Shown here: positions 13,215-25,860 of the stretch, one piece after another
Layout: every line of letters begins with the position of its first letter
How positions within the stretch are numbered: position 1 is the stretch's first letter
Assembly (NCBI RefSeq): GCF_006345805.1
Contig: NC_042998.1
Coordinates: 169,384,001-169,448,000 of the forward strand
Origin: Octopus sinensis
Taxonomy: Eukaryota
DNA: 64,000 bases
Reading direction: 5' to 3'
The notes under the pieces: model-generated
What the model saw: only the letters and a program-made list of their open reading frames with translations
Databases searched by the model: none
Told to the model about the DNA's origin: nothing
Translations under genes and position numbers: made by a program

Positions 13215-14923
13215 AAACTTTGCCATCTCCTCTTACACACACACAGAATTATACTCATACACATAAACTGGCACTCCGTTAGTTATTGCGAGGGATAGCC
13301 TGCTTGCGAAAATTAACGTGCAAGTAGTTAAGCATTCCACAGTCGTGTGTACCTTTAATGTAGTTCTCAGCAAGATTCAGTGTGACACAGAATGTAACAA
13401 GGCTGGCCCTTTGAGTTTACAGGTACAACTTATTTTTGCCAACTGAGTGGACTAGACGAATATGAAATAAAGCGTTTTGCTCAAGGATACGTGCTGCCAG
13501 GAATCGAAATCACAACCTTACAATCGTGGGACAAATACCTTAACCACTAAGTCACGCGCTTTCACCCACACATATAAACAGAGAGAGGTGAAGTAGAGAA
13601 GGCAGAAGAGAAAGAACACTACGTCTGATCTCAAATAAGTTAGCTTTGAGTAAGGGATGTTAAATAGGCAGGGACCAAAACAGCTATAAAACATTTTATA
13701 CCTGATAGAACGATGGTGAGCAAGGTTAGTGAAGTTGCTTCTTATGGGAATGAGACAAAAGGATCGACTGCAGTTTTTGAAAGTGGTATACTTGGAGTAT
13801 TGTTCGATATACGAAGTCATCTTTCATGGTTCGAATAGTGTTCTTGCAGATTTCCTCTTTCTGCATAAACGCCACCGTTTTTTAACAGCTACAACACAAC
13901 TATGAGCGAACCACAGTACTATGAGTACTGAGTTTGTGGTGTCGAATGCGAATGGATATGCCTACAATTATAGTTTCGGTTACCCACTTAGGAATTTGAT
14001 AGGTATGGGGTGAAGCACATATGCTGCCAGAAACAGTTAGTACAGACTGGCAGAGCTAAAGTGCAGAGATAAGGGCTGATGTGTGGAATGAGAATTAAGG
14101 ACATTCTGCATCGAGAATCAAATCAGAATACTAAACTAAGTGGTTCTTTTTGTACCAACTATAACTGTAGGACGGAAGGAGGTCAACCATTCCAATTTCA
14201 GATTGCATTGGTATTATGCAAACGAATCAGATTTAATGGTTTCTACTAAGAAAGATCTAGCTGAAGGTTAGAGGGGTTGTTGTTTTAGGAACAATCTTAT
14301 TGCGTGATGCTCTTGTCGCCAACCCTAACTTGTTTTCAAGTAATGGATTGTTTTGTTCTAGGTCTTCCAAAGCACAGGGAAACGAGTCATAATATCAACA
14401 AGGAATGCCAACATCACCACCACCTTGTGACAAGAATGGAATATCGACTTTAGCGCACACATGATGATGAACCTCCATCATTCAACGAGGATTAAATTGT
14501 TTGGCCAACAGAATTAACTAAGTAGCTGAGCATTCCAGACACAATGTACCGTTAATGTAATCTTCAAAAAGAATCAACATGGCACAGTAATAAGACTATA
14601 CCTCTTAATTATAGGTACAATCCACTCGACAGGTTTCTACAGTTTCTGCCTACCCAATTTCACTCACAGGACATGGGTCAACCCAAGGTTATAGAAAAGT
14701 ACATACTCAAGATGTCACACAGTGGTACTGAAACCAGGACCTCGTGATTGACACGAATTTAACCAGTCAGCCATATTTTTTGCACGCACAATGCGTTTCC
14801 TGCAGCTGCTTTCAACAAAATTACTTCATAAAGCATTAGTTGGTGCGAGGATACAGTAGAAGACACTCACAGTGGAACTGAACCAAAAACCACACAAAGA
14901 AGCGAACCCTGGCTGTGCATATA

Positions 14924-16090
14924 TGAGGATGGGCTAAAAATTTCATAGGCCGACTATGAAGGAGTGATACAAGAGCTGTGAAACCTTGCATGCATTAATT
15001 TCAACTTTTATTAATAATTGTATTGTTTCTTTCCAGGTAAACTGACAACTGACTGTTCAAAGACTTAACTAGTAGCAACCTCTCTTGAAAATGGACAAAA
15101 TATTCTTTTGGGGAATGGAACCAGTCGATTACATCGACCCCCAGTATGCAACTGGTACTTAATTTATCGACCCTGAAAGGATAAGTTGACCTCGGCAGAA
15201 TTTGAACTCAGAACATAAAAGAGACAAAATACCACTAAGCATTTCACCAAACATGCTAACGTTTCTTATTTATTGCTCACAAGGGGCTAAACATAGAGGG
15301 GACAAACAAGAACAGACAAAGGGATTAAATCGATTACATCGTCCCCGTGCGTAACTGGTACTTAATTTATCGACCCCGAAAGGATGAAAGGCAAAGTTGA
15401 CCTCAGCAGAATTTGAACTCAGAACGTAACAGCAGACGAAATACCTATTTCTTTACTGCCACAGAGAGGACAAACAAGGACAGACAAACGGATTAAGTCG
15501 ATTATATCGACCCCAGTGCGTAACTGGTACTTAATTTATCGACCTGAAAGGATGAAAGGCAAAGTCGACCTCGGCAGAATTTGAACTCAGAACGTAACGG
15601 CAGACAAAATACGGCTACGCATTTCGCCCGGCGTGCTAACAATTCTGCCAGCTCGCCGCCTTGAAAATGGACAAAATATGGCATAGTGATGTTATCAAGT
15701 ACTGCAGAAAAAGGGTTTAGTCCCCAAAGACATTCTTGGTGACAGTTGCTACATTAGAGAATGATACTCCAACTTTATCAAATGCAAAAGCGTGCAGCTG
15801 AATTTAGGAGGAGAAAGGAGGGTCTTTAAGATGACCCAAAGTCTACACACTCTGCAACTGCCATCACCAAAGAAAACATTGCGTCTATCACATGGTGATG
15901 GATGACAGGCGACGGAATGTAAATCAAATAGCCAATGCTATTAGCATATCTGATGAAAGTTGGGAATATTCTGCACAATGGACTTGGCATGATGAGGGTT
16001 TCTACTCAGTGTGCCACGTCTTCTGACACCCGATCAAAAGTGCACTAGGCTGACTATATCATGTGATAATCTGACATTGAGGCAGATCGG
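14924..16090 (+). mobile_element. Degenerate mariner transposon, 5' part, interrupted by a SINE trimer and truncated by Tx1 copy E
   Basis: TA-TGAGG-type left end. Transposase N-terminus MDKIWHSDVIKY.QKKGLVPKDI and DDR..VNQIANAISIS...ILHNGLGM...VPRLLTPDQK-like remnants. Confidence 0.75.
15104..15662 (-). mobile_element. Head-to-tail trimer of a tRNA-derived SINE
   Basis: Three copies of the GTTCTGAGTTCAAATT...GGTCGATAAATTAAGTACCAGTT core, with junctions at ~15265 and 15444/5. The whole unit is flanked by CTTGAAAATGGACAAAATAT (15084-15103 and 15660-15679). Confidence 0.9.
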
Positions 16091-16093
16091 TGA

Positions 16094-17108
16094 AGTCGAA
16101 TTGCCTTTTCTCTTTTTTGGATTACTTATTTTGTATTGGAGTGTTGCAGTAAGTAGTGTTTAGCTGAATTAATTGTTAAAAATTATCGTTTTTGTTGGTT
16201 TTTGACTTGTGTGTCTGTCTTATAACAGACAAAAAAAAGAACTGTTGTTCCCCTCTGCAATGATGGGAAAAGTGCTTCATTTGTGATTTTACACAAAAAA
16301 TACATTTTCTGTTTCGAAAAAACCCAAGAAATGAATACTGAAGACTTAGTGGCTTCGGCGGAAAAAATGATCTCAGTAGAAATGGCAGCCACTGCATCTG
16401 TTAGAGGTTCGTCCTCTGGAAAAACCATTGAAAAGAAAAATGACAAACAAATTTATGAAAAATCAGCTAAAACCGATTCTGAAAAGAACAAGCAAACTTG
16501 TGAAAAGTCAGCTTCTGAAAAGAACAAGCAAAACCGGTGAAGATTTAAGCAACGAACAAAAAACTTTGCAGCTACAGCTGGCCAAAAAAGAGAGGTTCTA
16601 AATATAAATAAGAGCGAATATATGAAATACAAAAACATGTACACGAGGGAGGGGACCGATGCGAAGGCCACCCTCCCAAGTGATATCCTGAAAAAGACAG
16701 TAAAGAATCATCTATAAATCCTTCATAATAAAGGATAAAAAGATCGAAAAAGTCACCAACGAACAGGCAGAAAGGTGCTTTCAACCTATTTGGAGTGATA
16801 TAGATTATGTTACACGTGGAAAGAAATATGCCACAATAGAGGTTTATTTTAAAGATGAGAAGAAGGCAAAAATCCACTTGTTAAAACCGGTAAAAACTAA
16901 CGAGATTATACTTTACCAACAGAAGAACGGCCAAAGTGAAAATAGAAGAAATCCCGCCAGAAATTGACGTGGCATGGTTACTTCCAGCCCTACTAATGGG
17001 ACTGGAGGATAAAATCACCATCATCGAGGTAACGAGAGTCTTGAAACAAAACTGGCAGAGTCAGAGCCTCGAAATCAATTCAGGCAGCCCCAGAAACTTT
17101 GGAGGAGA
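16094..17108 (+). mobile_element. Tx1-clade LINE copy E: 5' UTR plus partial ORF1, degenerate
   Basis: Starts AGTCG like B and C. NFAATAG, CFQPIWSDIDYVTRGKKYATIEVYFKDE and IEEIPPEIDVAWL match ORF1 of copy C. Ends before the zinc knuckle. Confidence 0.85.
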
Positions 17109-17537
17109 TTAATTGAAAGAAACAGAGCATCTCAAAATGAATATGGTAATGAAACAGATAAATTACAGTACACTGCATAGCTAAACAGTTTATTTCACAA
17201 TCATGAGATATGAGGTTCAATCCCACAGCATGGCATCTTAAGCAAGTGTCCCATCATAAACTTATGTCAACCAAAGCCTTCTTGAGTATAATTGGATAGA
17301 CAGAAATTTTGTTGAACCCCATCAATTGGAAAGTGCCTGTAATTTAAAAGTGCAGGTCTGTCATTAATTTCACCTGAGAACATCAAAAGAACACATGATG
17401 TGATCAAGTGTAATAATTAACACAAATTGGGGAGTCAAAGTTAAATTTGAGTACCAATTTCACAGGGTTGATAACATTTGCACTGTATTTAATATGCTAT
17501 TGTATAAATTATTCATAGGATAAAAGATATACTTTAA

Positions 17538-17758
17538 CCCTTTAGCATTTAAACCGGCCATATCCGGCCAAAAGCATTCTGCCTGTTTTATGTTCAAACT
17601 GGCCAGATCTAGTCTCTCAGACCAACCCTACAATATCTTTTAAAAAATTAACAGCTACCTCATCAAAATCTCATAGTTACAAGATAATGCATGATCAATT
17701 CAAAACAATGTGGATGAAGAAGCATTAATTTTGGTAGAATAATGCGAACACTAAAGGG
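17538..17758. mobile_element. piggyBac-type MITE (CCCTTTAG termini)
   Basis: TTAA-CCCTTTAG...CTAAAGGG-TTAA. Related copies at ~32276-32424, ~41325-41580, ~47114-47298 and ~53020-53220. Confidence 0.75.
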
Positions 17759-20175
17759 TTAATATTTTGATTCAACACAAAGTGCACCAATATTCTGAAA
17801 CCAGAATTAAACGTGTCATTTTACTGACCACTTTTCCATACTTGCATCAGTTGGATGGAATTAATTCAAGCAGATTTTCAGTGACTGATTGCCCTTCCTG
17901 TTTCCAAGAAAGGTAATATTTCCTGATGATGTGACAGGTTCTCACAGGATATTGGAAATGAATGACATTGCTTGTTTAGCAGTGACAAACATTTACATAT
18001 ATCCAACAATGTCAAGGACACACACAGGCTTCTGTCAGTTGTTCCCATTTACCAAATCCCCACACAAGTCTTTTGTTGATCCTGGGACTGAACCCAGAAC
18101 CATGTGGATTAAGAAGCAAACTTACTACAAAGCCATACATAAGCCAAAAGACTGATGACAAAAATTTGCTAAATAATTCGAAAGTTTTCTAATAAGAAAC
18201 ATCCATGAGATGGAATCTATTTTATATAAAAAGCCAGTCTGGAGCTGAAATGGAAAGTTGGTTTTAGCTATTAACATGAATCCTACCTAAAATGAATAAT
18301 AGCTGGCTTTAGTAATTAAGTATTTAATTTGAAACAGTGATAAGCAAATATTTAGGTGATGCAAGTTCCCATTTATATCAATTGCACTTCATTAGGCTAG
18401 GTTTTTGAGAAACCCTGAATGCTACTCATAGTATTGTAAAGGAGTCTGAATTGAGTAGTAATTCAAAGGATAAATACATCTCATTAATTAACTATCAAAG
18501 CTGAACAATATTTTGGATCTGAAGAAACATTGATGTAACTACATGAAGGAAATGAAGGATTTTTTTTTCTATTCAATGCAGCTTAATTTCATTCACATGT
18601 CTAAAGTATCACTGGAGCTCATCAAATTCAAATACTACTCGGCCTCAAGCTGTCACTGATCTTGTACAACAGTGAGATTACTTCCACCATCAAATAAACA
18701 CTAACCTATAATTAAACAGTGGAAATGGCCAAGAATGTAAAATTTTGGCTTGGATATTTAGAGTAACCAGTTCAGAGATTATTGAATTCAAACCCTAACT
18801 TGTCAATAAAATAATAGATTCTTGCTTGGTTACCCACTGCCCACTTCCTAACATATTCCTCAGTATTGCCTAAAAATTTTTCGTTGCTGTAAGCTAACAG
18901 GAATTCTGCCCAATTGATTGCTATGGGCAGTGACCAGTCCATCGCTATTGGCAATGAAGAGAGATACTTTTCTCACAGCGTTCAGGGAAATGATGACACA
19001 AACAGCAAACTTCATTTGATGTATAAAACAAGATTCAGAGAAAATTAGTGGTCATCAGCATGAGCAAAATTTGTTTAAAGTTCAGATATTTGATGGATAA
19101 GGATTCTGACATCACAGATATGACCCTTTGTTTGAAGGAGGAAAAAATTTAAGAATTTCAAAAAAAAAAAAGTTGGAGAGTAGTAAGAATAGATGTGAAG
19201 AGTAAGGGCAATAACCCAATGATTATCAACGTTCAATGACCAGAGTGCTAATGTGGGAAGGAAAACAGTGATTAGTGATATGAGACGGAATGAAGATATG
19301 CATGTAGAGACGATAAAGGGAGAAGAAAATCAAATAGAAATAGGTGTTGATAGTAGGTCAACAGCCAGAATGATGAATTGTAGCTATGTAATATTTGTAT
19401 ATCTTTAGTTGAAAAAGCAATACAGTTGACAGTCAAATCAAATTGACCAACTATTTTTACAACAAGCACCTACAAATTCTAAACACATTCCAAAATTTAC
19501 CACCATGTGAAGTGGTATGGTAATGGCATGACATTTATCAGTTTAAATACATAACTTGACACAGGCTAGCCAAAAGTCAGAGATATCACAAACATCAATG
19601 TTACTTAGAACAGAAACCATAAATGACTAAATAGATTGGCATGACTGTTCCCATATCAGCAATGCAGTTCTATTTTGTAAGCTACAACAGTCACAAGAAC
19701 CAATTAGAGTATATCAATACTGTGATTAAAAAAACCATAGTTTTCCATAGGAACTGAAGAATATACCAATGTCCAACTATTACATGCATTTTGAAAGTTT
19801 GAAGAGAAATCACTTGCAAAAATATATAAATTATTTAAGAATTATTTTTCTCTTTAACCTAAGTCTCCAATGTGTATAGCATCAAACTATAAACATTTTA
19901 AATGCTGCATTTCCTTTACAGATTTTCAAAAATTCCACAATCTTTTATCACAAAATGGATCAAAATTACTTCAAATCTGAATGATTTCTTAGGTGTTTTT
20001 CCAACAATCATGGCCAGTTGTGTAGTAGAGTGAGTTAGGTTAGTCAAAACAATCAGGTACTTATTCCAAATGAATGAAAAGCAAAGTCAGATCAGTTGCA
20101 CTTGAATGAATGTGGTACCAAGTTCAATACCGTGAACCCATCTGGTGTCCAAACATTTATGTCAAATCATTCACT

Positions 20176-20967
20176 CTACATGTGTAGATAATAAGATGTG
20201 TATATTGATTCCTCTTTAATAAAATCAGCTGCCATATAAAAAGGAAGTGTAATTAAATCATAAGACAGAAAATAGTCATTTGTGGAACATGGCCCTTTCG
20301 GTACAGGTACTTGGATACTCATAGAATCATTTGAGAACATAGAGAAATCTCTAATTTGCTGCATGATACAATTAATTTGGAATGTAAGACGATCTTTATG
20401 CTGACTATAGAAATTAGCAATTGCATTCATCTTAGCAGAAAAATCATTTTTCAATGACTGCTGATAAAAATACTGAGCAGCAAAATAATCATTGCTTGGC
20501 TGTGGATTATTTGCTTCGGGATTAACTGGTCCTTCTTCTGCCAATGTATTGAATTTTGAGCTCATCTCATCCATTTTCATGTTCCTCATTTGCATCAAGT
20601 TAAAAAGAACATTCTCGTGAATGACTTCAATTGAATGGACAATTTCTTCTACTTTTTGATAAAAGAGTGGTGGAATATCTGGAGGTCTTTGTAGTTGAGT
20701 AATAGATAATCTGCGCCGTTTTTGAAGTTGACTTTCGTCATAGTAGGAGGGTGGTTCCCTATTAACTAAATCAGCTGGGAAAAAGTTGAAAGAGTGTGGC
20801 CTCTCAAAGTATTCACAGAAGTTTGCTGTATTATGGCATTCAAATGAATAAGAGGTCAAGTTGTTGTTAACAGCTGAATTAGAGACATTTAAATCACAGA
20901 ACGAGTTCTCTTTATTTGAAGCATTTGAAAGTCGTTTTCTCTTCCTATTATTTGAAGCTGCAGACAT
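20176..20967 (-). CDS. Uncharacterised 263-aa protein encoded by a single coding exon; NLS-like and KEN-box-like motifs
   Basis: 792-nt uninterrupted ORF in very AT-rich, non-repeat DNA. ATG context TTAAAC-ATG. Motifs RKRKRLS, NKENSFCD and KRRRLS, with helical Q/N-rich C-terminal half. An upstream acceptor (…TTCTTTCCATTCTATTCTTCAG) lies at 21339. Confidence 0.7.
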   Translation of the reverse strand: MSAASNNRKRKRLSNASNKENSFCDLNVSNSAVNNNLTSYSFECHNTANFCEYFERPHSFNFFPADLVNREPPSYYDESQLQKRRRLSITQLQRPPDIPPLFYQKVEEIVHSIEVIHENVLFNLMQMRNMKMDEMSSKFNTLAEEGPVNPEANNPQPSNDYFAAQYFYQQSLKNDFSAKMNAIANFYSQHKDRLTFQINCIMQQIRDFSMFSNDSMSIQVPVPKGPCSTNDYFLSYDLITLPFYMAADFIKEESIYTSYYLHM

Positions 20968-21889
20968 GTTTAACTCCGTATTAGAAGACAAAAGCAAAGC
21001 CAAATAGATGTTTATCTTACAACACTTCCAGCTCAAGTAGCTAGCTCATCTTCTCAATTAAATCCTTCCAATGTCTTGGGTATTTATTAAAAATTTGAAT
21101 TAGTTCTTTCCTTCCTTTAAAATTTTGAGAATGTGGTTTCTGTAGAAAATTGAAAGTTTTATCTCAAGGTTCTTAATATTTTTCTTTTTTTTTTCTTTTT
21201 TACAAAGTACATAAATCATTTCAATATAAAGATCTTCTTTAATATTTCACATACATTATTTCCAAAATTAGTGAGCCAATATGAATATAAAAGGAATTCA
21301 TTCAAGCAAGCATCCAAGTTTCCAAGAATCAGAAGATTCTGAAGAATAGAATGGAAAGAAAAGAAAGTGCATTAAAATTTAGTATACAAACCAGGACGTG
21401 ATGAAAAAAAAAGATAGAAGCAATTAGACTTTTAGAAAGTGGAAATAGAAAGATAAACACCTGTAAATAGAAACAAATATTTCTCTCCATAAATCTACTA
21501 ATTACATTGTTCTGGATTTAATCCTACTCCATGGCAAGTGTCTTCTGCTATAACTCTGGGCCACCTAAAGCTTTGCGAGTGGATTTAGTAGACAAAAACA
21601 AAGATGCCAGTCATGTGTGTTACCTGTATGCTTATTCCACTACCACTTCACAACCAGTATTGGTTTGTTTACATCCCCTTTAGTAGTTTAGCAAAAAGAG
21701 ACAAATACAGTTCGTACCAAACTTTCAAGAAAAAAAGCAATTCCCGAGTCAATTTGTTCAACTAAACCCTTCAAAGTAGTGGTCGAGCATGGCCACATTT
21801 CAATGACTGAAACAAGATATAAAGTAACAAAACAAAAAATATTTTAAATCAGTTATTTAACTGCTAATACAAAATCTGTACACAATTTA

Positions 21890-23000
21890 GCGAACGTCAA
21901 ACTTAGGAAGCACCAACAAGTTGGAATTTCTATTTTGACAGATTCTTCTTTCATGGTGCCCCTGGAAATGCTCTGAACTATCGCAAGAAAAAAATTTGCA
22001 AAAAATGGGGGTTTTTTTAACCTACTACGCTACCGATTTTCTGGGCGCTACAGATTTAAGAACTATAGAAGCATTTTCAGATGAAAAAGTGTGATTAAAA
22101 GGAGATTTGGCTGTTTCTAGCATATCCTATGATAACCTTATTTCTTTTTCACTGACAAGCATTGATGTTTTTCAATATTTTCTCCCCATTAATAGCATAA
22201 ACTCATGCTATTAACAAATTTCTTCTGAAACCTAATTTTACTGGTCATGGGATACGCAGTTTTACGTTGAATTTTTTTTTTCTTCTTTACTAAAAAAGCT
22301 TCTATTGTTTTTAAGTGCATAGTGCCCACAAAACTAAAATCGGGCCGGAAAGGGAAAGATGTAGGTGGGGTGAAATTTTTATTTTTTACATTTTTTTTGC
22401 TCGAAAAATCTGAAAAATCCTCGGCAATAACACGTGCGTGTGAGTGGGAAACATTAATTTAATGTGCTAAACTTATCTTGGTTGGTCAAAAGTCAACCGA
22501 CAGTAAATAAGAATTCCATAAATACTATCTGTAATTCTGTATTGACTTGAATGGGAAAAGGTGTCGCTCAAAAAGGACTTCAGTTTGAACAATTTCCATG
22601 TTTCATATTTAGATGCTTTTATTAAATTCATTCAGTTGTTGGGCATAAATTTTGGAATTTTTTTTTTTTTTTATATTTACTGTCAGGTGACTTTTGGTCA
22701 ACCCTGTATATCGAATTATACATATACATACAAGATCTGATATACACGTGCATACATATATATATATACACACACCACTAAATACACACACGTGTCTTCA
22801 GCCAGTCCTCTTCCACCTCGACACGAGTGTTTACAGTTGACATGTGCTTTCAAATCCTTTTTTCTGATTAGATAAAGTTTATCGTAGAAAGTAATGAACG
22901 AAAGTGATAATTCTGAGACTCAAGAATCTGAGTGATTGCCAAATCCTCGTGAAAACAGAAATTCCAACTTGTTGGTGCTTCATAAATCCGACGTCCGTCC
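21890..23000. mobile_element. Non-autonomous DNA transposon (~1.1 kb, ~45-bp TIRs)
   Basis: GAAGCACCAACAAGTTGGAATTTCT(A/G)TTTT near 21907-21937 and its inverse near 22952-22982. CACAATT is duplicated on both flanks. Confidence 0.65.
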
Positions 23001-24380
23001 ACAATTAATATATATATATATATATATATATATCTCAAGGCGGTGCTCCAACATGGCCACAGTTTAATGACTGAAATAAAAAGATATAAAATAGCATTAC
23101 ATATAGGAACTATTTAAGAAGAGTGGTCCCGCACTCTTCTTAAATGGTACCTTACATATATGTGTAAAAAAAAATTGCTTCGATCAGAACTCTGCCAAAA
23201 TTATGAAGACAATTAAACAGACAGTCAAATTATTGACAATACATGCCGTACATATTGAAAACCCCTTAAATAGACAGTATCGTGACAATGTTGATATTTT
23301 TTTCGGTGACTTTTTCATAGATTTGTGCACTAACCCATATTGCGATTTTTGAAAAAAAATTTTTTTTTCAGAATCGGAATCTCCATGAAAAAAAAAAAAA
23401 ATTAAAGGGGTGAAGGGTTCTGTATACATCTCCACCAGTAATTATGACAAAGTGAAATTAGAATTTCTTTTTTTTTTTTTTTTGAAAGTTAAAAAAATGA
23501 GTACAGAAATAACAAAATCTTTTGAAAAAAGAAAAGCAAAAATAACAAACTCTGCCATGTGAGCCCCTCCCAATTTTAAATTTTGAACTTTTTCAATCAT
23601 TTATTTATCTGTCTTTTTATTCCTATCCGTTTATTCATAAAATATATTTGTCAAATAAATGTGACGGTCCGAAAGAAGACGGTTACTGTTGTTTTTAGCC
23701 CCAGGAAGACATATCTATCTCTTTATACATATATCTATATGCTTAATGTATTTAAAATTTTGAAAACGTGGTTTCTCGCATATTCGGAATCTCCGTCGGT
23801 AAATAATTACGCGGGGTGGGGAAGATTTTTGCATATTCGTAATCTCCGACATCTAAAAAGTAGGGATCCGGAAAATGTTTTTCGAAAAAATGCATTTTTC
23901 AAGGAGAGGTGCGAAACTGCATTAGCCCCAATTTTCGAAATATGCCATCTGAATGCCTTTACAATCATAACAGTAAATTAAAGGAGTTTATTTGGTTAAA
24001 CGACTAATTTAATGCTTCACATGATATACAAAATTACTTTCCTTCGATATAACTAATTGCCTACAAAATAATTAGAAATTCTGAAACATATCTTTGTTTT
24101 AGACAAATTAGAGAAATCGTTCTAAACGGGGGTTACAGTAAACAGCATTTATTAAGTGTGGATTTTCAAAATCAGTACTGCCTCAATCTAACGAAATTCC
24201 GATGTTCTAAAATAGTTCTTGAAATAGATTTAAGAATTAAAAAAAAAATCTCAATCTATTGCTTTAGGTTTGGTGATTGCAAACGGAACTCAATGAATGA
24301 ATTGATAGATAGATTGAAAAGTACCAATAGCCAAAACTCTCGGCTCTTAAGTTACTATATAAATTCTGCCGATTAATAAT

Positions 24381-24520
24381 AATTGACTTTGCCTTTCATC
24401 CTTTCGGGGTCGATAAATAAAGTACCAGTTACGCACTGGTGTCGATGTAATGGACTTAATCCGTTTGTCTGTCCTTGTTTGTCCCCTCTATGTTTAGCCC
24501 TTGTGGGTAGTAAAGAAATA
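24381..24520 (+). mobile_element. 5'-truncated tRNA-SINE with Tx1-like tail
   Basis: Core GGTCGATAAAT..AGTACCAGTT followed by TTGTCCCCTCTATGTTTAGCCCTTGTGGGTAGTAAAGAAATA. Confidence 0.85.
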
Positions 24521-25576
24521 AATATAGATGTATATATATTAGTTGCATAGCTTAAAATCAGTTTTTAAAATAATGAAATAGTTGCAGGCTGTTCAAATTG
24601 GCAGGCACTTAACATTTAATACAAGGAGAATTTTAAATCAGTTTCCAATCAAAGAAAAGGACTTTAAAATTATATATTTGAATTCTAAATCTATTATGTT
24701 CAAAAATTTCCAATTTTTTTTTTTTTTTGCATTTAATATATATATATATATATATATTAGTTAGAGAAGGGACCACGCGAAACCTTGCAGGAAACGTTCC
24801 TAACGAGGTTTTTTTCTGTATTTGTTTTACTTACGCTTTCGAACTTTTTTTTTTTTTTTTCACCTTTTACTGAAATGGGGAAAGTCTTGCCAAATCCAAA
24901 TATTTTACCTTTTTAATTATTCAGTTATGTTGTAGTTAGCTCACAAAAAAAAAACTCATACTTGTTTCAGTCATTAGACTGTGGCCATGCTGGGTAACAC
25001 TCAAGAGTTTAACAAATCGACCCCAGTACTTATATTAACTGGGGTACCAATTCTATCAGTCTCTATTTTGCCAAACAAGTTATAGGGACGCAAGCAAAGC
25101 AACACCGGTTGTCAAATGGTTGGGGGAACATATACACACATATTACACCACTGGATTCCACAGTTTCTGTCTGACAAATTCACTAAAAAAAAGAACAGGT
25201 AGCTATAGTAAAAGACACTCGCCCAATGTGCGAGTGAACCTGAATCCACTCAGTGAGAGTGAACCTGAATCCACGCGGTCGCTTATTAACTAGACAGCCT
25301 TGTTTGAAATACGAATTCTATATAATATAAACAAAAGCAATAGAATTATACTGAAAATAAAATTAATGCAACTTTCTTTGGTAATTTATCCTTTCTTTTT
25401 TCAGTAATAAAACTCCCGGCTGTAAAAAAAAAATGTGACAATCTTTAAAACTAATACAAGTAGTTTCAAACTAAAGAGGGCTGCAAGAAACATTATGTCT
25501 CTAACAGAATTTTCTTTTTTTGAATTTCAACACAAACGTTAAATCATCTCTAATACAAAAATAATTCAAAACTTAC

Positions 25577-25860
25577 CTTAACGGTCCATCTGATACACAC
25601 ACGGTATTAACTGTGTCTGTATGAAAGTAAAACTGGACAAGTACTCGCAACAGAATTTTTAAAAATTAGTCTGACTGAACAGGGTGATAAATCAAAAATA
25701 TCATTGTCTTTTTTTTTTTTTTATTATTAATTTCTCTGGAGTTCATAGGGGGTCGACTAGTAAGCAGCACGAAGTCTGCGAACAAGATTCAAGTTTATTG
25801 ACTGGTCAATAGTTGAACTGTTCCAATTTACTCTTCCTTCCTCTCACTCTTACTCTCTCG
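25577..25860 (-). promoter_or_regulatory. Probable non-coding first exon / promoter of the 263-aa gene
   Basis: Perfect AAG|GTAAGT donor at 25577/25576 on the minus strand, in a locally CpG-richer, repeat-free region. The TSS position is a guess. Confidence 0.45.

Noticed and set aside
20968-21036. N-terminal extension of the 286-aa ORF in the ORF track
   Set aside because: It starts at TTG; the first ATG in good context is at 20967.
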